Shown here in pieces: positions 11,261-20,477 of a stretch of 64,000 bases of DNA. The notes under the pieces were generated by a model that saw only the letters and a list, made by a program, of their open reading frames with translations, searched no databases and was not told the origin of the DNA. Origin of the DNA: Strigamia acuminata (taxonomy: Eukaryota). The translations under genes and the position numbers were made by a program. The stretch covers positions 25,916,001 through 25,980,000 of the forward strand of contig OX442314.1 of the NCBI GenBank assembly GCA_949358305.1, read 5' to 3'. The first letter of the stretch is position 1. The number at the start of each line of letters is the position of its first letter.

Positions 11261-12080
11261 TGTGGTGACCCAGTTGGATAAGTGTCCCCCCAGGGCGGAT
11301 GCTTGTCCTCTGAGTCACTGTGATTGAAGAGTCGTTCCCCCCCGAGTTGGCTCCACCTCCCCATGGCAGGTGTGTGCCCCGAGGGGGAGGAAGCGGCTGA
11401 TGGTCAGCCCCCATTGGTTGATCGCCGGCCCTTCACCCCACTGCATAAAAGGCTGTGTTTCCCGCCTAAAGTTAGAACTTACACAAACGACACCAAGAAC
11501 ACAGCAACTACCTCACCGTCAGGCCAACTTCAACTACAAGTTAGGATTGATCGAGGATCGCTGAGTAAAGTGCAAACTGTAACTCTCACGAAGTCACTTG
11601 CGAGCTATTCCTGCGAAAGCACGAGAATAGCCCTTGTGAAATCACCCAGAATAATCGCCCAGACGATTATTCGCCGAAGTAAGTGTCCGAGTGCTTTGTA
11701 GGGAACCCCAAAGTTCCTAGACGAGGCCTCTGCGACGCTAAACAAACCCTAGACAACAGGCACGGATAGAAGACTCGAAAGAGCATTCCACCGCGTCCGT
11801 GAAGACGAATCCGTGACGAATTAACGACAACTCGAGACGCCGCCTTTGTTCCGCCGACCACGCGGAATCGACGACGCCATCTTGAGAAATCCTTTGTTCG
11901 ACGCTGACCACGTCGACTCTAGAATTATTACTGAGTGTATTTTAAAGGCATAAAGCCTGGTGAATAAATTACCTGTTTATTTACATACATTTGGTATTCA
12001 TTTGGGTATTTACATAATTGATCACAGGTAAAGTATTACACGTTAGCGCTATTTAAACCTATACCAAGTAGGACGCGACA
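11261..12080 (+). repeat. 5' LTR of element B
   Basis: TGTGGTGACC...GGACGCGACA; no differences seen against the 3' copy (offset 12048). Confidence 0.97.
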
Positions 12081-12082
12081 CG

Positions 12083-12102
12083 TGGGGGTCTGTCCGGGAT
12101 TT
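12083..12102 (+). promoter_or_regulatory. Primer binding site of B (tRNA-Pro-like)
   Basis: TGGGGGTCTGTCCGGGATTT versus TGGGGGCTCGTCCGGGATTT, the complement of the typical animal tRNA-Pro 3' end as recalled (3 mismatches). Confidence 0.75.
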
Positions 12103-12174
12103 AGAAATAAATCTCAAATCTGAACTTGTGATCTCTCAATAAGATAACCCAAACCGTAGAATTACCGAAAGAAA

Positions 12175-15100
12175 ATGTCAGACAAAGATGAGCAATCCAC
12201 GTCTGACACCGAGCAGAGAATGCCCGAGAAGGGAAAAAGGACCTCCGACTACCACCTAAGGTCGGATGGTCCCGTCCCTGAAATGTCCGCAAAGGCGAAA
12301 GCCCGAGCGAATAAAAGGAGAGCGAAGGCGCAGAAAGAGGAGCAAGCTGCATCGCTCGCGGCCCTAGACGGGCCAGAGCGAGAGCGGGTTCCCTTGAATA
12401 TGCAACCCTTCGAAGATACCGATCCGGAAGCCATAGAAAATCGAGAAGAAATTCGCGAGGTATCACCAGGACGAGTATCGATATTGATGACCGAGGAGAC
12501 GGATGAAGCTCCGAAAAGAACGGTCACGATCGGCACAGACCCATCGCCACCAACGGCTCAGACGTCCGTAAAACAAACCCCACGGAAAAACGACGGCGGG
12601 ACCCCGATAACCCCCCGAGTTACGGCGAGTCCTGCAGTTGTTTCCTTCGAAGTATCTCACCTAATTCGGTTGACGCAGCAAGCTGCCCAGCTAAAAGCGA
12701 TGATAGACATTCCAGTAGGAACGTCAGTCTGGGAATCGATTACCCTACTCACTGACGCTATCTGTGCGGCACAAGCCCCGACGCCGGTCGCAAGACCAGC
12801 AGCGGAGACGCCCATGCCCCAGGTAACGCCCAGTGACACCGGAGGTTTCGCGCCAGACCCCAACCGAACACTTCACGAATCCAGAGAGAAGGCCCGCGAG
12901 GAAGCCAGACAAGAAGCGACTAGTCGCCAACGAAGGCTGAGCGCAGAGCGGCGAGAACTCTGGAAGGAAGAGGAAGAAAGGGAGCAACGCGAGAGAAGAA
13001 CCACCGAGAGAACAGAGAAACTGGTCCAAAAAATGAGGGAAGAACGAGAAGCTAAAATTCGAAAAGAATGGAACGCAACAGTAGAAGGGCGACATCGAGA
13101 AGCTCAAGAGTACGAGGACCAATTTCAAGCGCTAATAGCTCAAAGAAAAACAGAAAAACTACAAATGTTGCGAAAAGAGGCCATTCTACAACATCAGAAA
13201 TGGGAAGAACAACATCGCGAGAGGTTGAGAGAAGAGGAAGCCAGAAAAGGAAAAGAACAGTTTCTGAAAGAGAAAGAAGAGTGGGATCGAGTCAGATGGA
13301 CCGAAGAGTACAAAGCGAAGAAACAAGCTATAATAGATGAGCAAAAAAGATGGGAAGCCGAAAACTGGGAGAAGGAGACAGAAAAGTTCCAGAAAGAGTA
13401 CGCACAAGACGTCTCGGACAGGAAGAAAAATGAAGAAAACCTGAAACGGAAACCAGAACCCCCCAGCGGCTCTGATACCGACACAGGAGAAGGTGCAACA
13501 AAGCCGGCAAAAACGGCGAAAAGGGGGAAATCTCAAAAGAGAGACGAGTCGGTCCCAAAAACAAAGGGCCGTCACCCCTCAAAAAGATCCGAGACGGGAG
13601 CAGCCATCGACGCGTTACTCGAAAAGAAAAACGCAAATAAAAATCGGGAACGCCCCGAAAGCGAGGAAAACAGATGGCATTCTTTTTACGAGAACAACGA
13701 CGGAGGGGAGCCGCCGCCATCCGGAGGCTCGAAACAGAAGAAGGCTGGCGGAGAGACCCCACCGAGAGGGCCGAGGTTTCACCCCCAAGGAGATCCCTCC
13801 GAGCCCTCCGATTCGTCGGACGACGACCATCCGAGTCGACCGTCTACAGGGAGGAGTCAAGAAGACAGCGATGGGCACCGGTCGAACCGGCCGAATGCTT
13901 CAGACCGCTCTTCCCGGAGCTCCAACCCTCGTTCAGAGGAAGGGAACTTTCAGGACTCATCTGGCCGACATTACACGATGTCTGAGCTAGGCCGAGCCCT
14001 GCTGAACTCTTTCAGAAGAGAAGGAATCGATCTAGGCCATCCAGGCGACGAACATAATCGCGCTGGAGAGAGGGTTAAGCGCAAATATGGCGTACGAAAC
14101 GAACCAAGCAGTGAAGCCACGGGTAACATCCGCTGGCAACACTATATTCAAACGCGATTTGACGGTTCGTGGAAGGCCGGAGACCGCTTCCTGGACGAAG
14201 TAATGCGTATCAAGAAAGCGACAAAAGCCACCGTCGCCGACATGCTAACCCACGGGCTAGTGGAGCTAACTACGGGGTCAGCTCGAGAATGGTACCAGGG
14301 ACTAAAAAACCCAACCTGGGACGATTTTCTCGTCCGTTTCGATCTCCGATACGGCGAGACTCCAGACGAGATCAGTAACAAATTACGTGGTCTACGACAA
14401 GCCCCAGGAGAAACATTAGCCGACTACGACGCCCGAGCGAAACTCCTGTTTGCAAGAGCGCCGTACGAAATAAACCCCGCTGGTTTTACGATGATCTTTT
14501 ACGGAGGATTATCGGCCCACTCGCAAAGAATTCTGCTAGACATGCGTGCACCCCGCACTGGCGATTACCAAGATGTCAGTAACTATCTTCTAACAAACAC
14601 GTTGGAAATAGAACAGCGGTATTACGCCACTCTGCCCCCGGAAGAAGCTGACGCGCACGAGAAGCGGTTGCAGACGAGCGCCGAACGCCACAAGACCTCA
14701 GAAAAATTAATGAGGCCAAGTGAATATTTGAGCGGCATAATGAGTCTCACCGAAGCATCCTTCGGACGAATGCTGACGCCTAAAGCAGGCAGTATTCTTC
14801 CAGCCAACCCGATAGCTGCCCCAAAGAAAGCACCGGCAGCGACGGCGATGCAGGTGACCTCGACGGACTCCACCCAGATGGAGAAAGTCGAAGAGACAAC
14901 ACCTCTCGCCACGGCTAAAGAAGAGGAGCCAGCATCGAGCGACGAGGAAGCCCTAAATGAGCACCTCGAAAACTTATCGACGGGATGCGACGATCAAGGT
15001 CCCTATTTGCACCATGCACACCGGGCCTTGGCAATCACACAATTCAGAGCACACGTGCAAGCAACAAAAGCGAGAGGAGCATTGGGAGGAAAAAGACGAT

Positions 15101-15315
15101 TCCCGACGCCCTTCGTCCCGAAAAAACCGGGATTCACTCCCACAGGGGATAAAAGTAACATCAAATGTTACAGCTGTGGAGAATACGGCCACTACTCAGA
15201 TAAATGTGAGAAAACCGTCAAAGAAAAGGACATCATGCAAACCATGATGAAAATGATGATGGAGTTAAGAACTGATCTGGCAAAAAACTTCCAAGCGCAG
15301 GCGTCGCCGAAATAA
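12175..15315 (+). CDS. gag: Element B Gag, 1046 aa
   Basis: Long charged and coiled-coil N-terminal half, capsid-like region (RFDGSWKAGDRFLDEV...AREWY), knuckle CYSCGEYGHYSDKC. Confidence 0.95.
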   Translation: MSDKDEQSTSDTEQRMPEKGKRTSDYHLRSDGPVPEMSAKAKARANKRRAKAQKEEQAASLAALDGPERERVPLNMQPFEDTDPEAIENREEIREVSPGRVSILMTEETDEAPKRTVTIGTDPSPPTAQTSVKQTPRKNDGGTPITPRVTASPAVVSFEVSHLIRLTQQAAQLKAMIDIPVGTSVWESITLLTDAICAAQAPTPVARPAAETPMPQVTPSDTGGFAPDPNRTLHESREKAREEARQEATSRQRRLSAERRELWKEEEEREQRERRTTERTEKLVQKMREEREAKIRKEWNATVEGRHREAQEYEDQFQALIAQRKTEKLQMLRKEAILQHQKWEEQHRERLREEEARKGKEQFLKEKEEWDRVRWTEEYKAKKQAIIDEQKRWEAENWEKETEKFQKEYAQDVSDRKKNEENLKRKPEPPSGSDTDTGEGATKPAKTAKRGKSQKRDESVPKTKGRHPSKRSETGAAIDALLEKKNANKNRERPESEENRWHSFYENNDGGEPPPSGGSKQKKAGGETPPRGPRFHPQGDPSEPSDSSDDDHPSRPSTGRSQEDSDGHRSNRPNASDRSSRSSNPRSEEGNFQDSSGRHYTMSELGRALLNSFRREGIDLGHPGDEHNRAGERVKRKYGVRNEPSSEATGNIRWQHYIQTRFDGSWKAGDRFLDEVMRIKKATKATVADMLTHGLVELTTGSAREWYQGLKNPTWDDFLVRFDLRYGETPDEISNKLRGLRQAPGETLADYDARAKLLFARAPYEINPAGFTMIFYGGLSAHSQRILLDMRAPRTGDYQDVSNYLLTNTLEIEQRYYATLPPEEADAHEKRLQTSAERHKTSEKLMRPSEYLSGIMSLTEASFGRMLTPKAGSILPANPIAAPKKAPAATAMQVTSTDSTQMEKVEETTPLATAKEEEPASSDEEALNEHLENLSTGCDDQGPYLHHAHRALAITQFRAHVQATKARGALGGKRRFPTPFVPKKPGFTPTGDKSNIKCYSCGEYGHYSDKCEKTVKEKDIMQTMMKMMMELRTDLAKNFQAQASPK

Positions 15316-15333
15316 ATTCAGCTTCGTCTGCGC
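15282..15333 (+). promoter_or_regulatory. -1 programmed ribosomal frameshift signal of B
   Basis: A AAA AAC (15282-15288), 6-nt spacer, stem GCGCAGGCG/CGTCTGCGC. The -1 frame is open into pol. Confidence 0.85.
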
Positions 15334-18300
15334 CAGCCGCGGAAATTAAAAAGAAGAAATATCACACTGGACCCGCAGGTCATGCCTTGGCAGAGGCACA
15401 GATCAAAGACCGCATACAGATCGTTCCGAAGAAGGAGGAAAAAGTGACGTTAACGAGTATGCAAGTGAGAACGAAACCGGAGGTCGACATGGATTGGACG
15501 GACCTTCCGTTCAATCTGGAGGTTGAGCCCCAGACATTACGCGTATTTCACTGCAATGTCACGAAAGCACATTGCGAAACTCTGTGTATGCTGCCAGTGG
15601 AGATAGAAAACCAAAAATCGTTCGGTCTACTGGATTCAGGAGCGGATCGTTCATTCATATCCGAAGATATAGTAAAAGACTTGGATATTGGAAAGAAGGT
15701 GGCACAAGTGAACGCGAACGTAGAATTGCTCACCGCCAACGGCTACGTCAAGCCGAAGGGCGTAGTTCGCATCATGATCGACTGGACGGGGGGGAACCTG
15801 TCCCACCCCTTCATAGTCTTGCCATCCCACGACAAAGTATTCCTCCTAGGGATGGACATCATGGCGAAACTGAAAATTCAGCCAAACCCGATAACCCGTT
15901 CATGGAACTGGATAAGTCCCGAGGGAGAACGGTCAGTCCCCGTAGTTCCCCAAAAATTACTGGACGAAGCCAAGGACAAAGAGGAATACGGAAGAGGATT
16001 GCGAAAATTCGTCCAAGATTACGATTTCGCAGCCTTCACTCTGGAATTACAGAGGAGTAACGTCGTGGACACCCTGGTCGAGGAGGCAGCACTGCGTGTT
16101 AACGAGGCATCGCTACTAAGGCGAGTGCTTCGAAAGCATGAAAGAATTCTGACCAAGACACCTGGTCGAACGACGGAAGCAACACACGAAATAGTCTTAA
16201 CCACAGACAAGCCGATTCGAGTGCCTTACAAGGGGATGAACCCCCAGAAAAGAGACATCGTGACGCAAATGTGCCAAGACATGCTCGACAAGGGCATAGT
16301 AACGCAAGCCCTGGGCGAATACGCCATGCGGATCGTCCTGGTGATGCGTCCAGGCTCGGAACCTCGACTATGCATTGATTATCGCCCCCTGAACGCGATA
16401 ACGGTTATAGACCCGATTCAGATGCCGTCTATAGACTCGATCCTCCGGGAACTGAGCCCGTTCAAGTGGGTAACCACCATGGACCTGTCAAAGGGGTATT
16501 GGCAAGTGGAGCTAAAACCCGAAGACAAACTGAAAACGGCTTTCTACTCCCCGATAGGAAGACTAATGTTCAACGTGATGCCGTTCGGGCTTGTAAACGC
16601 CCCGAGCACGTTCCAGAAACTGATCGAAAGCGTGTTGGGAGATATGCTGCACGACTTCGTGTGGGCGTATCTCGACGACATCATAATAACGTCGGACACA
16701 TTCGAAGAACATATAGACCACATCGATAGAGTGGTCTCTCGCCTAGCCAAGGCAGGACTCCACATCCATCCAGGGAAGAGCAAGTTTTGCAGGAAAGAGC
16801 TTGCCTTCCTAGGATATCGAATAGGAGTCGAGGGAATCGCGATTGACCCCGAAAAAGTCAAAGCAATAAACGGATTCCCCGCCCCCGAAGATATAAAAGG
16901 TGTCCAGAGATTCATGGGCATGGTCAATTTCTTCGGCCGACTACTCTCTGGTCTGGCTGAAGTGGCCGCGCCTATAACGGATCTCTTACGAACGGATAAA
17001 GAGTTTGAGTGGACGGTCCAGTGCGAGGCCGCATTTAGCACTATCAAGCAAATGCTGGCTGACGTCGAAAAGATGCCATTGCCGGACCTAAACCGACCGT
17101 TCGTGTTGCACACCGACGCGAGTAAAATCGGACTGGGTGCAGCCCTTCTGCAGACCCACGTGTACAACGGAATCTCGCAAGAAGTACCCTGTATGTTTAT
17201 AAGCAGAAAAATACAGGGCGCGGAGAAAAATTATACGGCAACGGAACTAGAATGCCTAGCCGTAATTTGGGCAGTTCGGAAATTTCGCGACTATCTGGAG
17301 TACACGAACTTCGAGGTTCAGACAGATCACCAGGCACTAAGCTGGTTGATGAAGCTCAAGGAACCCTCCGGCCGACTCGCACGATGGCAACTGGAGTTAA
17401 TGGCGTGCGATATAACAATTACGTACCGCCCCGGGAAGTACAATCATGTGGCCGACGCCCTCTCGAGAGCCCCAGCCTCTGACCCCCAGGGACCAGACGA
17501 CGACGGCGAGGACGACACCCACCTCTTGTACTGCCCGACTCCACGGAGAATATGGCGTTTGCGAAAGGCGAACGAGCTACCAGTGATGGAGCCTGAAGAT
17601 AGAACGTTTTGTGGTTTTTGGACTCGAACATACCAGCCAGCTGGGACAAACAATTCAACATCCGAAATTCAATCTCCGCCCCCCGGAGAAACCCACAAAA
17701 CACTACTACGCGCCTTCACAGCAAAAATTGAAGAAAAAACACAATACGCTCCACCCACGAGACGTGAGTTCGTCGAACACCAGGCAGCAGACACAAAATG
17801 TCAAATTATAACGCAATATTTGCTGAACGGCGAATTTCCGGAAGGGATGACAAACCCACACCGCCGGAAACAGTTCGTCAAAGAAGCAACAAGCTACCTC
17901 ATAGATGATGAACTCCTGGTAAAATACCACCCGACGTTTCAAGATGACCTCAGCGGAGCGGGAAACTCGGTTAAAGTGGTCGTGCCGGCATCGCTGCACA
18001 CCCGACTGTTGTGGCTGATGCACGGACACCCGCTCGCCAGCCATTCTGGCGTGGCGAGGACCCTTTATCGAGTAAAACAACTTTTCTTCTGGCCGGGCGC
18101 GCGGCAAAAGATAACGAAATTTATCCGACACTGCCCCCGGTGCCAAGCGTGCAGACCGCGAGATAAAGTGGCCAGAAACGCCATGTCTCTCGGACCCTAC
18201 GCACCGTTTGACTGCTTAAGCATAGACTTGATGGGCCCCAAGCCCACAACGGGAAACAAGAACATGTATATTCTCGTAATTATGGACGTGGCCACCCGAT

Positions 18301-19418
18301 GGCCGGAGCTGTACGCCCTCGCGAAGCCCTCGGCTGAAAACATAGTCGAGTGCCTTTACGACGTGGCAATGCGATTTGGGTTTCCCAGAAAACTCATTTC
18401 GGATAACGGCCCCCAATTCCGATCGAGAATATATAAGGACTTCTGTAGAAAATTTAAAATGGATGCATCAAACACCTCCACGTATAATCCTCAGACAAAC
18501 CCAGTCGAGAGATTAAATAAAGACATAAAATATGCGCTGACAGTATTCACCGATATTCACAATCGATGGGACGAATACCTGCGAGAAATCGCTTTCAGCA
18601 TTCGCTCAACCGTGTCAAGAACACGCGAATTCTCACCGGCGTACCTCAACTTCGCCCGCGAATTAAGGATGCCATGGGACCCACGCGTTGCCGAAGCTGT
18701 TAACGTATTAGACCCATCGAGCCCACACGAGTACGTGTGCCGGTTGGAACAGACTATATCCGACACATACCAGCATATGATGGCGCATATTTTCAACATG
18801 AGAGAAAGAATCGCAGATAAAGAAGGCGATCTCGCTTTCGCGAACTTTAAAGTGAATGATCTAGTGTGGAAGGAGGCACACACGTTGTCCAATGCAGCGA
18901 GGGGCATCGCCGCAGGTTTAGCCGACAAGAGGGACGGTCCCTATGTAATTGTGGCCGAACACGGCGGCAACGCATACCAACTACGCCGCTTAGAGGACAA
19001 CAAAAATTTTCAGTCGATACATGGCCGAGATTTAAGGCCATATCTGCCAGAGTTTCCCCAAGAAATCTGGCTGGAAGGTCAGACACACAGCGGCCAAGGG
19101 GGCACCGTGGTCGACACGTTCCAAAAAACAAATGAAGCTGAAAATATAGCGGAGGACGAGGATGAATTCTTCGACGCCGAATCTCCGGCCGACGAGGCTC
19201 CAGCACAGCCGGAGCAAGCAATTTCGGAGAGGGAGGAAGCAGAAGAAAGTACTTCTGAAATGGAAAATAAAAAAATTAGTAATGAGAAAAATGCCAACAC
19301 ATCGGAGATGAACGAGCAAGTAGAGTCACGATCTACGAGCACGTCGAAAATCAACCTTCGACCACGACGAAGCAATAATCCGTTCATTCGGGACGGCAAA
19401 GTCGTGGGGAAGAACTAA
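15288..19418 (+). CDS. pol: Element B Pol (protease, RT, RNase H, integrase)
   Basis: LLDSGA, YLDD, TDAS, H-H-CPRC, IDLMGP/SDNG, GPY motif; no stops. Confidence 0.97.
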   Translation, partial: LPSAGVAEINSASSAPAAEIKKKKYHTGPAGHALAEAQIKDRIQIVPKKEEKVTLTSMQVRTKPEVDMDWTDLPFNLEVEPQTLRVFHCNVTKAHCETLCMLPVEIENQKSFGLLDSGADRSFISEDIVKDLDIGKKVAQVNANVELLTANGYVKPKGVVRIMIDWTGGNLSHPFIVLPSHDKVFLLGMDIMAKLKIQPNPITRSWNWISPEGERSVPVVPQKLLDEAKDKEEYGRGLRKFVQDYDFAAFTLELQRSNVVDTLVEEAALRVNEASLLRRVLRKHERILTKTPGRTTEATHEIVLTTDKPIRVPYKGMNPQKRDIVTQMCQDMLDKGIVTQALGEYAMRIVLVMRPGSEPRLCIDYRPLNAITVIDPIQMPSIDSILRELSPFKWVTTMDLSKGYWQVELKPEDKLKTAFYSPIGRLMFNVMPFGLVNAPSTFQKLIESVLGDMLHDFVWAYLDDIIITSDTFEEHIDHIDRVVSRLAKAGLHIHPGKSKFCRKELAFLGYRIGVEGIAIDPEKVKAINGFPAPEDIKGVQRFMGMVNFFGRLLSGLAEVAAPITDLLRTDKEFEWTVQCEAAFSTIKQMLADVEKMPLPDLNRPFVLHTDASKIGLGAALLQTHVYNGISQEVPCMFISRKIQGAEKNYTATELECLAVIWAVRKFRDYLEYTNFEVQTDHQALSWLMKLKEPSGRLARWQLELMACDITITYRPGKYNHVADALSRAPASDPQGPDDDGEDDTHLLYCPTPRRIWRLRKANELPVMEPEDRTFCGFWTRTYQPAGTNNSTSEIQSPPPGETHKTLLRAFTAKIEEKTQYAPPTRREFVEHQAADTKCQIITQYLLNGEFPEGMTNPHRRKQFVKEATSYLIDDELLVKYHPTFQDDLSGAGNSVKVVVPASLHTRLLWLMHGHPLASHSGVARTLYRVKQLFFWPGARQKITKFIRHCPRCQACRPRDKVARNAMSLGPYAPFDCLSIDLMGPKPTTGNKNMYILVIMDVATRWPELYALAKPSAENIVECLYDVAMRFGFPRKLISDNGPQFRSRIYKDFCRKFKMDASNTSTYNPQTNPVERLNKDIKYALTVFTDIHNRWDEYLREIAFSIRSTVSRTREFSPAYLNFARELRMPWDPRVAEAVNVLDPSSPHEYVCRLEQTISDTYQHMMAHIFNMRERIADKEGDLAFANFKVNDLVWKEAHTLSNAARGIAAGLADKRDGPYVIVAEHGGNAYQLRRLEDNKNFQSIHGRDLRPYLPEFPQEIWLEGQTHSGQGGTVVDTFQKTNEAENIAEDEDEFFDAESPADEAPAQPEQAISEREEAEESTSEMENKKISNEKNANTSEMNEQVESRSTSTSKINLRPRRSNNPFIRDGKVVGKN

Positions 19419-19798
19419 AAATAAAAGAAAATGTGATAACATGGAGCGGAGGCCTTGTAAAATAAAAAGATTTACTTACGAGAGCTGCTGCACATGTTGA
19501 GACGCGAAAATTTGGCTAAGTCCAAACTTCGCAACGAATTGTCGCAGTCACCACTAACAGACGAGAAGTTATGACGTAGCGGGCGACCACGTGACAACGA
19601 AACCACGCGGTCGACCCCGTAGCGTCATTGCCAGCACGGCGGATCTCGCAAAATACGAGACGCGTTCGAGACCCACAATTCTCAGCGTCGATAGGCCCAG
19701 TTTCCGACTGTTTTTAACACGACGAGACGTGTTTTTGCTTCTCCCCCAAAGAGAAAGACAAAGACCTCTCAAACAAAACTTCATTTTCCTAAATTGAA

Positions 19799-19915
19799 AT
19801 GGCCGATCGACGCAACCCACGATTAGAGCCGAGCGCATCGTCGAGAGACGAGAGCGACGGCCTAATCGTAAATGCAGAAGAAGATGAGAATTGGGACGAA
19901 CAACCGCCGTTGCAG
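19799..19915 (+). CDS. Predicted first coding exon of B ORF3 (39 aa, MADRRNPR...QPPLQ)
   Basis: ATG with A at -3 and G at +4. Ends CAG|GTAAAT in phase 0, compatible with the acceptor at 20477. Confidence 0.6.
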
Positions 19916-20477
19916 GTAAATTAGTGTGATTTCCCCAGAGAAATCACATAATTCTTTGAATCTGTTGCATCCAACCCAGATTGGAGCGTGACTTGTGACT
20001 GATATATTTCTTTCTGTTTTATTGTTGATTTAAGGCTGGCTAAAAACCCGAGAGTGGACCCAGATTCACCTCGGAGTCAAGGCCGCCAAAAAACTAGAAC
20101 AAAGGAAGTGTTCGCGGAATGGCGTCGTGGCAAACCAAAACCAAAACTAAAGGTTTTTCTTTCTTTTAAATTTAAACATCGTAATAAATTAAAATACGAT
20201 TAGAGTTAAAATAAAAAAGTTTAACGTAAGAAATTAAAATTTAACGATCGGTTTTGCCTGCGACCCCTTCCAAAAAAGCGGATCACCTGAGTTCAAAAGT
20301 AGTGTTGGATCAGCGCTACGACGGCGGAGATCATCGCAGAACTGCGAAACAAGAAAATAAGACCGACGGCCGCAACAAAAGAAAGGAGTTGCTGCCACCG
20401 TCGATCTTGAGCATATTTCTGATCCCCATCGTTAACTGGGATTTATTATATTAATCTTGTGATCTAAAATTATTCAG

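Noticed and set aside
11324..11861. ORFs inside B's LTR (duplicated at 23372-23909)
   Set aside because: Non-ATG starts, no recognisable motifs, within an LTR.
20035..20160. Possible middle exon of B ORF3 after TTTAAG|
   Set aside because: A phase-0 join gives GCT GGC TAA, an immediate stop; the direct 19915/20478 splice is simpler.
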